NCBI GenBank assembly: GCA_010909165.1
Contig: MU008171.1
Coordinates: forward strand, 186,001 to 250,000
Direction: 5' to 3'
From: Anthoceros angustus
Taxonomy: Eukaryota > Plantae > Anthocerotophyta
DNA length: 64,000 bases
The stretch's first letter is position 1. Each line of letters starts with the position of its first letter. Made by a program: the position numbers and the translations under genes. Of this stretch, positions 1 through 11,946 are shown in pieces. The notes beneath the pieces were generated by a model. The model worked only from the letters and a program-made list of their open reading frames with translations, was not told the origin of the DNA and did no database searches.

Positions 1-1938
1 GAGACCTGCCCATCATATCCTCTTGCATGTGCAAGTCCTCCGTGTCACTTCCACCGCTTTCGTCCCTCCCATCCATGACTGCCAACCATCGCGACACAAA
101 AGGAGCCACTTCTAAGAGCTTTTCCGGCGTTTCCTTCCATTACAAGTTGTGACAGGCGAAACCAACAGCACCCACCAAAATCACACCCTACCTGAGGTGG
201 GCGAGGACAACTCGCTGGAGTTCCCCTCTGCCGCTCTCATTTCGTACCCCGCCTTGTGAGGGAACATAGATGCTTGGCAGTTAAAAAGCACTGTGTCCAT
301 GTGCCTCTCTGAGACCATTACCAACGGTTGAACATGATGCTGTCCTCCGGAGAAGTTCATGGAGGAGTGACCAGCCACAAGATGTGACTCCTTGATATTC
401 TGCAACCCATCAACTTGAGTCTCAAAACGGGAAGCAATTCTGGTTGCCAAGGTGCCGTTCACGAGCTGCTTCAGCCTTGGATCGCACTGCACTAGCTTCT
501 CATAATGTCTATTTAGGATGCCTTCAGGGAATTGTAATTCATGCTTCCTGTAAACCAAGCAACGTACAAACAGAGATGCTGAGCAGCTGTGAAGTGCATT
601 TCATCTCTCGAGTCAAGAGGAAGCATGCAAGGGGAAACTGAGGCTGACAGCTGAACTGGGCTAACTCACATGCAGACAGTGGCCTCCCCTCCAGTGAAAT
701 CCGATGTCGCTTGCCACAACGTGTGTTTCCTCGGCTGCGGGTTAATTTCTCTGAAGAACAATGGTGGCCTCGAAACCTGCAACATGCAAGAAACTGGTGT
801 CAACACACTTCATGCTCCAGTTGCATAGCAGATTCCCTCTTTTCAGTGGACTCGCCACAGAAACAATTCCTACCTCGATCTCAAGCGAGCCGGGAAGATT
901 GTCTGGACAGCTGGCTCTCATTGCCGAGATGTCGGACCACTGGATCTCAATTTTACTCTTCAATCCCGTGTCCAACACCTCCCACACAAGCTTCCTCTTG
1001 GCGTAGTAGCACTTAGCCACGAGATCCCCTTCGTATCTGGACAGACGCTGGCGACAAAAACCACGACCCCGACAAGAGGGACGTCAGAGAGCCCCAGAAG
1101 CGAAGCCATGAACAAGAAACAAGGGCATGCCCCTAACATACCTCCCAAGACCCGATTTTCAGGCTGGAGGCCGGAAAGTTGGAAGCCTTCAGCTTGTCAT
1201 GCGCAGAGCCGGTAGGCGCGAGGCATCTGCCAAGCCTGTTCCTGGGAAGACCGGAAGCAGCGCCATCGGCGCCGCTGCCACCAGCGTCGCAGTCGAAACC
1301 TTGCGTCAGCTTCATGGAAATAAGATCCAGGAGAGACGGCGTCTTCTTGAGCCTCAACCCCAACGGACTGGGCTCGTCCAGCGGGTTGTCTGCCGGCGGG
1401 AGGGGATGCTGAGCCTCCAATTTGCACGCGCGGACGGGGTGCTCGGAGGACGCGAGCCCCGGGCTGGCAATGGCCACATAGCTGGTTGGAGGCCCCATCT
1501 GGCGGTGAAGCCACAACGAAAGCAGCTTCAGCCAGCCGCGAACACAAGATCCCCTAATCTCACAAGCAAGCACAAGCCAAGCCCGAACCGCCCAAGGAAA
1601 ACAAGGAGAACCACGGACGGGAGCCGCACCTCGTCTGGCCCAGACGGACCAGTGTCGAACATCTTGCGCTTCCGGCTGAGCATGACGAAGTCGTGGGCAT
1701 GAGGATGCCCGGACAGATCGAGGTCCAGACCCATGTCATCTCCGGGGAAGGAGTGCTCCACCTTGGGAATTCTGAGATGTGGCAGGATGCAAGCTGGAGG
1801 CACGGGAGCACAGGCGGCGCTGCCTGATTGCGGGGTGTGGCGACTAGGGAACTGGAATAGTCCGTGCCCGTCCGCTACTCCTACTGTACTGCCCCCACCG
1901 TATTGCGAGGCTGCCGACGAGAGGGTGAAGGCCACCAT
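1..1938 (-). CDS. ASG1-like plant protein with TRF2/HOY1 PH-like domain; spliced, 3' end runs off the window
   Basis: Exons 1938-1630, 1498-1142, 1047-874, 776-670, 547-~192 have GT-AG borders. They join to give LGLRLKKTPSLLDLISMKL...KLKASNFPASSLKIGSWE|RLSRYEGDLVAKCYYAKRKLVWEVLDTGLKSKIEIQWSDI...|VSRPPLFFREINPQPRKHTLWQATSDFTGG...HYEKLVQCDPRL. I recognise these motifs from the Arabidopsis ASG1/AT2G24100 family. Confidence 0.8.
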
Positions 1939-2676
1939 CGCTTTAGCCTCCTGAGCTCCTACAGCAGCTCGACTATGCACACTCCTGCTTCTACTCCTAC
2001 TCCTACTCCTACTCCTACTCCTCCCGCATCTGTTACTTGTGCCCAAGATTCCGGTGCCGCCTTCCGATCCCGACTCCCTCGTTTAAGATTCCCGCCACGA
2101 TTCGAGTCTCGAACTGCCGAGACATGGGCGCCAGCAAACCCAGCGCCCACAAACGCCCCTCACGATCCGATCCGGAAGAGGAAGGCAAGCCCAAGCAAGG
2201 AAAGGCCGAGGTCAGCCAGAGCAACAACAACACAAGGCGAGTTGAGAACGAAGGAGGAAGGAGGTGCGGGCGATCGATTTACTTGTATCAGCTCGCGAAG
2301 TGGATATTTCGCCCGCCAGTGAGGCGGTCCCACGTGGGGACCTTTGTGCTTGGCCTCGGCGAAACTCGCAGGGCGACCGGTCGGTAGTGCACGTGGGGAC
2401 ACGTCAGCTGGGCGGGCGCTCAGCAAGTTGCAGTATGCATGTACATACGGGTAGTCGCGCCGGCATGGCTGGAGACCCCAAACCCGCGCGGGTTCGAACG
2501 GAGTCGCGTCGCCTTCGCCTGGGACCCGCGCAGGTTCGAATCCGGTCTGCGATGCGACATAGGGAGTAACATGTGAGTATATAGTTTAATCCATTACGCC
2601 CATGGAGTGGGTGGCAGAGGAGTTGGCGGACAGGTCGTTGGGTTTCTTCACACCAGCGGGAGCCAGCTGGTGAGCC
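1939..2676. promoter_or_regulatory. Compact divergent (bidirectional) promoter region with two G-boxes
   Basis: The two start codons (1938 on minus, 2677 on plus) are ~740 bp apart. CACGTG occurs at 2331-2336 and 2390-2395, and CACGTC at ~2399. Function is inferred. Confidence 0.5.
1991..2023. repeat. (CTACTC)n hexanucleotide microsatellite upstream of the ASG1-like start codon
   Basis: ctactcctactcctactcctactcctactcctc is read directly. Confidence 0.9.
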
Positions 2677-4090
2677 ATGTCCCGGCCGCTGGCTGTGGGG
2701 ATCATCCCTGCGCGCTATCTCTCGTCGCGTTTCCAGGGCAAGCCGCTGGCGCTCATTCTGGGGAAGCCGATGATCCAGGTGCGGCAATTCGGGCTGTGCA
2801 ATCCAATCCGGTTCGATTTAGGGGCAGCTTGGACTCACGTGCTTGTGCTCTTGCTGCTGCTGCTGCTGCTCGGATTGGTGTGCAGAGGACATGGGAGCAG
2901 GCGAAATTGGCGTCCGCATTGGACGCTGTAGGTGAGTGATATCGGATGCCTTGCTGCTGTGGTGCGCGCTGCTCAGCTGCTGATGACTGTCTCTTGCTGT
3001 GCTCCAGTGGTGGCCACGGATGACGATCGAATTGCGTCCTGCTGCCGCCGTTTCGGAGCGGACGTGGTGATGACGTCGCAGAGCTGTCAGAACGGTTCTT
3101 GTTCTTCCTCTGTCTCTGCTTCTGGATCTGCCCTAGCGTGCCTGCTTGCCTTGCTCATCCGACGCTGAGGATGCGCCTGGCAGGAACGGAACGGTGCCAC
3201 GAAGCGCTGCACAAGCTGAGCAGCAAGTACGACATTGTTGTCAATATCCAGGGGGATGAGCCGCTCATCGATCCGCACATCATCGACGGCGTGGTGAGGG
3301 CATTGCAGGTCAGCTGAGCTACAGTCACCTACCTATCTACCTGCAGTCCTGCACCATGCCATGCCTAGTTTGAAAACAAGAGTTGAGTTTGGTAAGGGAC
3401 TCGGAACCGCAGGGATCGCCCGACGCCGTCTTCAGCACGGCAGTCACGTCTCTGAAGCCGGAACATGCTGCAGATCCGAATCGAGTCAAGTGTATTTTGG
3501 ACACACACGGCTATGCCATCTACTTCTCCAGGGGCCTCATTCCCTTCAACAAGTAATCTCACCCTTCCTGGCCTGCAATTCGTGGCATTTGTCTGTAAAC
3601 GTGGAACATTAAGCATCTTACTCACCTGTTTCCTCTGTCGTCTCTCACACAGGAAAGGAATTGTGAACCCAAACTTCCCATACTATTTGCATCTGGGCAT
3701 CCAGGTGAGTCCGTCAATCAATTCCAGCCAGTGAGGCCAACATCTCGTCACTGCTCCACTTCGCTCGTATTGCCCACTGCTTCCTTGCCTCCTCGTCCTG
3801 TGCAGTGCTACGATGCTAAATTCCTGGCTGTCTATTGCGCCATGCCTGCCACTCCATTGCAAATCGAAGAGGATTTGGAGCAACTGAAAGTGCTGGAGAA
3901 TGGGTATAAGATGAAGGTAGCTAGCTGCCCTTTTCACCTTCCTACTCACGCTCATGGCTACTTGGCTCTTCACACTTCACTCCGGAATGCTTTGTAGGTG
4001 ATCAAGGTGGAGCACGACGCTCATGGTGTGGACAGCCCGAGTGATATTGCCAGTATCGAGGCCCTGATCAAGAGCAAGGGCTTAGCTTGA
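2677..4090 (+). CDS. KDSB: CMP-KDO synthetase (3-deoxy-manno-octulosonate cytidylyltransferase), 8 exons, 251 aa
   Basis: Exons 2677-2778, 2886-2931, 3008-3094, 3184-3308, 3413-3552, 3653-3704, 3806-3916, 3998-4090 total 756 nt in frame. Motifs: [83 protein letters not shown]. Confidence 0.95.
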
Positions 4091-4446
4091 TTTTTTGGCA
4101 CCTCCGTGCCTGCAAGTTCCTAGGAACCTATTCCATCCCACATGACCGTTTGACAAGTTCATCACAAAACACAGAGTAGGGCTCACAATCCATGTTCCTG
4201 TGAGCTAGCTCTTTCCTCATTTTGGCAAGCATGCCATGAGACCGAGGGAGACATGGCTCCCCGAAAAAGTTTTCAAAGTACAATTGAGATACAAGAGCCG
4301 CCCAGCACAACATGTGCCAAGTGCTAGGGTGCATCAACCGGGTAAAGTAAGTAGCCCTTCGTCCTTGAATGACCTAGACACTTCCGGCATCAAACGCGAC
4401 TTTGCTGGGTTTCGACCTCAGGACTTTTGACCTACTGTCCCGGCTG

Positions 4447-6710
4447 TCAATGCGCCCGTGTAGCAAGGAGAATCTTCTTCCTTGGTCCCTGTCCCATCAG
4501 AAAGGAAAAACAAGAACATTAGCACCTGAGCGACCCCTACCAACTGCGAAAAGGTCTCGACGAATGTGGGAAACGAATGATACCATTGGAACACCAAGTT
4601 CCTTCAGGTCGTCATCGCTCATGTGCCGTAGTACAGCCATATCTATCTGCAAGGTAGTAATTATGATACCCAACTCAGAGACGAATTTCGAAGACATCAA
4701 GTCCGTTGTCAAAAAAATCTACAATGACAAGAAACAGTGAGCTATTAATCATACCTCTTCTGATTGAAAAGTTCCTAGATATTTGCTTAGGCCCAGCGTC
4801 TGCAAAAGGGAAGCTACAGTCTGCTCTTCAGCCTGCAGAAAAATTATCGGAATCCACAATGCCTGTTAGCTACATTGCTTTCATCTTTGGCACTTGCACC
4901 TCATCGACATGCTACCATGACAGAGAACCAAGCCCATTGAACTAACAAGGCCACACATAACACAGACAGCATATGCTGCATTTTCTAGCCAGATTCAACC
5001 CCTGACAACCGCTTACACACAGCCATCTTTGGATCTACTACAAGAGGCAGCATATCGTGGTTCACCGGTACCTTGACTAGTGAAATCTTTTAGAACCTCA
5101 AGCAACCCCAAAATCCAGAGCAGTTCAGGCACGGAGGGACCTTGAAACAAGCAGACACGTTTTAACAAGGGTAGCATGATTACAGGCTTCTGGCTTGTCT
5201 TGCTACGTCCAGCAACTTGCTGTGTTGCCACCGTTGATGGTGTTCCTGTGCTCCCACGCACCACAGAAGCCAGGCGTCGCTCTGCAATTTGCCCAACTTG
5301 GGACTGTACCCCACTTGAAAGCTTCTCCCTGAGATCTTTCTCTCGTGCAATTGGCTTCAAAGTAGTAAGCTGACTTATCTGGCCAGTCACAGGTTTTGAG
5401 GCAGTATTCTGCCGAGCAAGCCGATATCTCAAGTCATGTGCATTCAGCCGGCCGTCTTCCCCTTTGATTAAGGACACGACATTCATCCCAGTCCTCACAC
5501 AGCCGCTGCCACTCAATCACAAGACACACATCCAAAGAAAAACAACGCTAGAAATAACAGAGCCAAGCTTCATCACACATCTTGAGGATACTTGATGGTT
5601 GCAACTCCTCCTCCTCCCCTTGGTCAAAAAGATCATGCTTCCACTTGCCATCCTCTTGCCGTTGCCTAAGTAAGAGCAGACAAAAAGAATAAAGGAATGA
5701 ACGCCTGAGATGAAACACAAATAAAACCATCTCAGGCCGAACAGTCGCTCTATAGATGACTCCATACAATAGGCTGAGGTCTACTGTTGAGATCATAAGT
5801 AGAAGCCCAGCTGCAATTGACATGATGCCAACTCACGTGAACCAGGCCTAGCTCTCTTGCGCAGGTCGCATTGCATTGAAACACTTCGCATGATTTCTCC
5901 CACCTGGCCCTCACCAATGTGAACCCAGACTCTGGATCACTCACAGAGGATGTCTCCAAACCCTTTATTTACCAGGAATTGCAAAAGCTATGTGTCATGT
6001 GCATCCACTAAGACACCAAATTTTCTTGCTTAGCTACAACCTTCTAGTCCTCCGATCCTTGCTATTCCAGGTCAAGGCAATGTTAACCAAATCCATGGTG
6101 CACCATGTAGAGAACTGGCTTGCATGAATCACCCTGATGCTGCGGAGTTGATGTACAAAGCCCCGTTCGGACTCAAAGTTGATACCGAGGACAAGGACTG
6201 AACGGATGCATCAGGTTAGAAAGACCTCCCCCATATGCTCGGCAGACAGGCTTCTATCAGTGTCTCACTCAGGACCAAGTGACGCCCTCAAGAACCTAGG
6301 GCCTCCAAGAGGCAGACACTCTTCGGCCAGTGTTCACCCCCACCTTACAACACACTGTTGCGTCCAGCTCTTCGGCTCTGACAGGTGAGACCCGAAACTT
6401 CCCTAATGCTACCATGTCTCTCACATTCACCATGTCTCTAATGCTACCATGTCTCTCACATTCACTCGCAACTACAGGACCAGGAGCCGGAAAGTCACCG
6501 TGGCGACACACCAGGAAGGTCCGCATAATGTTCAAAACCAGCAATAGAGGCCTAGCGTCTGCTGCCAACTTGAAAAGCAGTGAAAACCTACCGCTTAACG
6601 AAGCTCTGTCTTCCTCCGGCGGAGCCGTAATCCCCAGCCCCTCCACCTAGCCGATCCCTGATAGACCTTTTCCTAATGTTTCCAACTCCAGCTACGTGAT
6701 CTGAATACAT
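4447..6710 (-). CDS. Sterile alpha motif (SAM) domain protein, 6 coding exons, 217 aa
   Basis: Exons 6710-6592, 5665-5592, 5461-5184, 4832-4755, 4646-4584, 4488-4447 total 654 nt in frame. N-terminus MYSD...KRSIRDRLG, then KWKHDLF and AHDLRYRL. C-terminal SAM: TVASLLQTLGLSKYLGTFQSEE|IDMAVLRHMSDDDLKELGVPM|GPRKKILLA. Confidence 0.9.
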
Positions 6711-7584
6711 TTCCGCAGACGACACAAACGCTCTTCTATTCACCACCTGAAGCCAAAAAAAAAGCAAGCGATCGCTGTGAAAAACGACAACTCCCTGCCC
6801 GCAGCCCTGCCAGTACGGCAGCCAAAAGCGATGCGGGTGTAACGAGAGTTGAATGAGTAACAGCATGTAGGGTGTGGGGCAAGAAAACAGAAGCGGACTG
6901 TAACTCATGCCAAGCAGAATTTAACGGAGGCAGCTCAAAGTCCAGTCTCCTTCCGTGCTGGAAATTTGCAGCACGGTTACGGGACGTGCAGAGTTTGTGG
7001 AAACAGCAGAGAGGGCAACCCTAAGAGAGGTGAAGAGGATAGAGTGGAGAGGAGACCTGGCCGGTTGATCCGATGGTAATGGTGACGCGGGGCCGAGACA
7101 TTAAGCGGGCCGCGGGCGGAATGCAGCGAAGGGCGCGTCCACGTCACGCACAGGGCCAGGCGGCCGGCGGTTGAAACAAAAAAGGGAGTAGCAGCGGCGG
7201 GAACATGGTTGATGTAAGTTTGGGTGCTGAGCTTGCTTGCCTCCCTTGGCTCCTCGGCCAGGCGGGAGCAGATGCACAAGGCAGCGCGGGGAGCGGTGGA
7301 GCGGGAAGAGGCTCCCTGTTCACAGCAGCACAAAGCTTGCTAGCAAGAAGGCTCCGGCCTAGGCAGAAACAGCACACGCGAGTACAGCAGCCGACTCGAT
7401 TCGGCTTGTTCACTCCCCAAACCAGTCGCTACTCCCCGCCCTAGGCTAGTCTACACGAATAGTTGATGCGCTTGTGTATACATATACACATGCTAGCTCA
7501 TTCCGTTTCCCTCGCCAGAATTTCCTTCGACTTTTATGAACCTGCTAAAGCATGACTACCTAGTAAGGGATATCAAAAAACTAT

Positions 7585-9445
7585 CTATTTTATTGAACGG
7601 AAAAAACGATGGGAAAAAAAAACCCATCTAGCACGGGACAACCAAGGTGGACCCCGGGAGTCAAAGTGCAAAGGAGGATCCTTACCTAAGGTTACCTACT
7701 ACTCCCATAACATCATATGCAAAAGAACAAATGGCCTCCAAACTACGGAGGAAGAGGAAGAAGCGTCACCTGACGTCGTCGCCTTGTGAAGGATTGCCGT
7801 CGAGAGGGCCCTTTGAAGGACAATGGAGACTCGCTGTCAGAAGTAAGCATTGAAATAACAAAGGGACAGCACCGTGCCATGCTTGCGGGCGTGATAAGAT
7901 TTGGCATAGGACTTGAAAATTTTATTGAAGTCCGTAGCCATTGCCCCATACGTTTCATGTGTGAGCGGAATTAAAAAGTGCCCGCTTGCATCCCGCAGAA
8001 CTTCCTGACCTTGAGAGCCGCAGCTCCGGCGGCAGCCCAACCAGGATGGTTAGTGATAACCTAAGCAGAAATGGTGTCTCGAGCAAGGTAAATAACCACC
8101 ACGTCCGCCACCGAAACCTGATCACCGCGGACAAAGTACAAGTCAACCCTGATTGAGCGACCTGTTCAAAGAGTGTACCCTCGCTCCCTACAGGCCATGT
8201 AGCCGCTTTCGCGAGCTATGGCAAACATGACATCGCGGATAGCGTCATGGGTGGCAATGCAATGACCCCCATGGGGACAACGAGCAAGGTGAACCTCAGA
8301 GTCATCGAGGGCAAAGCCGCACTCGCAGGTAAGGAGGGAAGACGCCACAGATTGGAGAAGGCCAAGACGGAATCGCATCGCAGTGGGGAAGGTGGTTGGT
8401 GCGATGACAAAAGCCCGTATACATGGACGAGCCAAAAGCCAAGCGCCTGCGCCCTTACCAGAATAAGAGCGAAGCTGAGCCCTCAATGACTTGAGGATGG
8501 AGGGGTCCAAGAGGACGGATTGGAAAGCCAGGCCGATTTTCTTCTAAAGCAACAATGCTTGCAACCCACTAAAACCATCGGAGATGAACATCGAGAAAGG
8601 AGGACATTACCACCGAGTATCCGCAGAAAGCATTTCCCTGGCTTGCCTTGAGGAAATTTGGAGAGGGAAGGTTCCCTCCTCCACACTAGACATAAGATTC
8701 TCGAGAAAGGGCCTGTTCTGGAGGATGAAACGAGAGGCTAGAGCAGGAGCTGATAGGGCCAAGCTGCCTAAAAAAGCCGCCAAGGAAGAAACTTCCAGTG
8801 AGAGTAGGCCGACGCCCCCAAACTGCACTGACATGGACGCTTGCCAGCGGGCCAAATCACCCATAAGGCACTCGAAAGCCCCTAGGCCCATGATGTCCTC
8901 AAAAGTATCCATTATCTTCCCATCAAACCTCTGCAATCAAAACAAAAGAACCGAAGATGGGGGGAGCGTGCGGATGAGGTAACCAGGGCGCCTAGCGAAG
9001 CTCTCGATAAACCTAGAGGAGCCGAGGGGGACCCCCAAATCCGTAGACCCAAGGCCGGAACAATCTCCTAACAAGGAACTGCAAGGTGGGGAGCATACCC
9101 GACGGGGACCATACGCGGTACTTGGGGAGCTTAACCTTCAAGCCAACCAAAAAAAGCTCATGGGAAAAGAGCTGGAAGGTGCCCTTGACCTTGTCCCTAG
9201 GCCCAAGGATGTGAGAGTTATCTGCCAGCGATGGGAAGGCACAGTCCCGCGCTAAGGAAGCAGCCCTAGAAAGAGCCCTATGGTACCTGCGGCTGATTCA
9301 AAGACACAAACAGCAAATCTCGAAGAGACGCTCCTGTGCTGATAGTAGAGGTTGGAAGACTTCCCGTAGAAGCATCTGACAAAAGGTATAAGGCTCCCCA
9401 TGACACCCCCAGCGTCCCTAAGCTCCTCGAAGATGTAATCTTCTG
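7585..9445 (-). mobile_element. 5'-truncated, degenerate CRE-clade non-LTR retrotransposon (RT C-terminal half, CCHC finger, restriction-like endonuclease, 3' UTR)
   Basis: Minus-strand pieces in order: SLIPFVRCFYG (RT), SVQFGGVGLL...LAAFLGS, CECGFALDDSEVHLARCPHGGHCIATHDAIRD (zinc finger), RVDL...VADVVV...LIPLTHETYG...QRVSIVLQRAL (RLE). AATAAA at ~7590. Multiple stops and frameshifts. Confidence 0.8.
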
Positions 9446-10945
9446 TTGACTGGGTGCAACAACACCATCCAGCTTCTCTTTCTTCAGGCTCTTGGGCACA
9501 TACTTGTCACTTGATTTCTTCCCATTTAAGAAGTGCCTAGCCTCCTTCCTCAAGTTATTCTTCCAATACCTCAACTCGTAAGCCACTAACTGAGCTACAA
9601 CATAGGAAAGCTCCGTGGACCTGAAATTGTTTGTCGTATGGTGCTTTCAATAAAAAGCATATAGACATCAGAGTGCTCCCAAAAATCAGACAGCAGAGGG
9701 TTGCACATGTGTCGGATAGTGTAATGCACCCTATCCTTTAGTGGAAACAAAGAAGGCGAGTCACGTAGTATGTAACCTGCACATGCAAAAACACACAAAC
9801 AGTCAGGCTTGAGTACATTCGGCCCTACAAAATCTCATGGCTGAAAGCCAGGCTTGAGAACTTTCTGGTTTATAATAACAGGCCAGAGTTACAGGCCTGT
9901 AATGGAGGCGTGCATTTATAGGCTTGAATTACAGACATGTAAATTCATGCCTACTACAAACAGCCCTGCATGGGGCCTCACCTACAGGCTTGTTAATCGC
10001 CAACAAAATGCTTACCACTTTCATGCAAGTGCGATAGCAGAACCTCATGCTCCAAGTCGCAAATCCTCTTCAGTTTTGGACCACGCTGCTTATTGCCCTC
10101 GAAGTCCACATCCAGATATGCTAAAGGAATTTCAGTATGTACCCCAGCATGAACATTAGTGTGGAGATGCTTATGTTGGGGGTTATCACATCCCGGCTGT
10201 GTTTCGACACTCACTCCCTTGTTCGCACCATCGGAAGATTATTGGTGGCAAGGGTATCCTAGAAGCCTTCTTGGCGAATGAGTTCACTTCTGCATCAAAA
10301 GCCAGCCCATTTTCCAATCTCGCGGCTTCTTCCACAATATCAGTTATCCTAGGATTCTAGAGGCTATCACAGACCACCACGTCAGAATCATGTCATTCCT
10401 TCATGCTACGAGCAAGCTCAGCTCCGGGAATTTGGTTAGCACAAGCATTGGCTCGTGTATTCAGCTTGCTAAGGCACCTTTGAGGGTTGGATCTTTGATT
10501 GTCCCTTCTCATCGGTAGTGTTTTGTGTTGTGTCCCTCCTTGCTCGGTCGACCTCCTCTCCACCGGCCTCCTCAACGGCTTCCATGGTTAAGTGCGCCTA
10601 AAAGGATGCATTGCCTCCAAGGCACTCCACCAGTTCACCAACTTCATTCTATAGTCTAGAGATCGTGCCTGCCTGCTTCGTGATTGAGGTGCACGCGTAG
10701 CCATGAATGTTGCTGGAATATTGTGTGCCGATTTGTAGTACTGTAGATGTCGTGCGTTTTGGGCAAAGTTGCTTGCTTTGGTTTCCCGGTTGTGCGCTTA
10801 GTTTATGTTGCTGCGATTCTTATCCTTGATCAGTGGGTTGCACATGGATTTCGTTGCTGGCTTGCAGCTCTGGTTGTGGAAAACGGGAAGCAGCCACGCT
10901 AGCGCTATGGCTTTCAACACCGGTCATGGGACCTCAATTTTCGAG

Positions 10946-11946
10946 CACGACTAGAAAGAGCTAACTGTCCTTATCGACAAGCCCGGCTCCCTTTCTCACC
11001 AATATTTGTGGCGTCTGATGCGATTGGTGCACAAGCACGTTGACAAGCTAGAGTGTGTGTATGGGGAGGTGTAGAGGTTTGCCAATCGGACCGATGTTTC
11101 GGAAATGGAGGCTAGTTCCTGGAAGCCCGAGGATTTTCACGGCTACCACCTCCTTGTGGCAGAATTGGAGAAGGTGGTGGGCATTGAGCAAACCGGAATC
11201 GTGTGGTGGGTGAGGGAGAGGTTGCATACCGCAAACGGGGACCTGGCCACATCCGCATCCGGTAGTAGATTTTGATTTAGATGCATGCACCATCCCGTTA
11301 TGTTGTGCTGGTTGCTGGTATTGATATTGTGTATGGTTTTCGTGACCGACCCATACTTTTTGGGTGAGCATGTCTCTCAATAAAGCGGCCATCTTTCATT
11401 CCACTTCCTGAAACCCTCTCTCAAACCCTATACCATATGCATATGAATGGTCACATATCCTTGAGCCTCGTTGTAAGCCATTGTCACCCTTAGTAACCGG
11501 CGTGTTGCTGTAATGTATGTATGTATGTCTACGTTATAAACGCCCCTATTGTAAAACCTGATATTGCGTTGTAAACCACTCACCGTTGTAACTAGACCAT
11601 GAACTGATGTGAAGGAAATTGTTGTAAACCATACTCGACCGGGGTTTATTACGGGCGTCGTTATAAATAGAACATACACTGTTGTAAAGTCTTTGCTAAA
11701 AACTTTGCGTATTGTAACCTAGAAGAGCCCTCGTCGTAAAAGAGCTTGTGTTATGCCACGTCATCAGAATAACCCGTGGCTAAATACACCCTATAATAAA
11801 ACACCAGAGCTCCTGTAAAAACGCGAATGACTATACGAGAAAATAATACATGAACCATGAAGCCCCATTGTAATTTGAATCGAGCCTGAAATCTCTCCCC
11901 GCTCTACAAAACAGCCTCTAGGAAAAGATCCGTTTTCCTAGTAGTG
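10946..11946. mobile_element. Non-autonomous CACTA-like element (~1 kb); right end clear, left end degenerate
   Basis: Right end ttttcctagtagtg (reverse complement CACTACTAGGAAAA) ends at 11946. The candidate left end cacgactagaaag is at 10946. Many gttgtaa/attgtaa subterminal motifs lie at 11470-11820. No clean 3-bp target duplication. Confidence 0.5.

Noticed and set aside
2455-2560. tRNA gene suggested by GGTTCGAATCC
   Set aside because: No acceptor stem, D-arm or anticodon arm could be folded, and the T-stem has a mismatch. Kept only as a low-interest motif.
5060-5150. Extra SAM-gene exon (GPSVPELLWILGL)
   Set aside because: The true SAM helix-1 exon is 4832-4755, which joins 5461-5184 in phase. 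This stretch is intronic.
7607-7974. Plus-strand host gene (short ORFs 7647-7853, 7786-7974)
   Set aside because: These are antisense shadows of the CRE endonuclease domain and 3' UTR on the minus strand.
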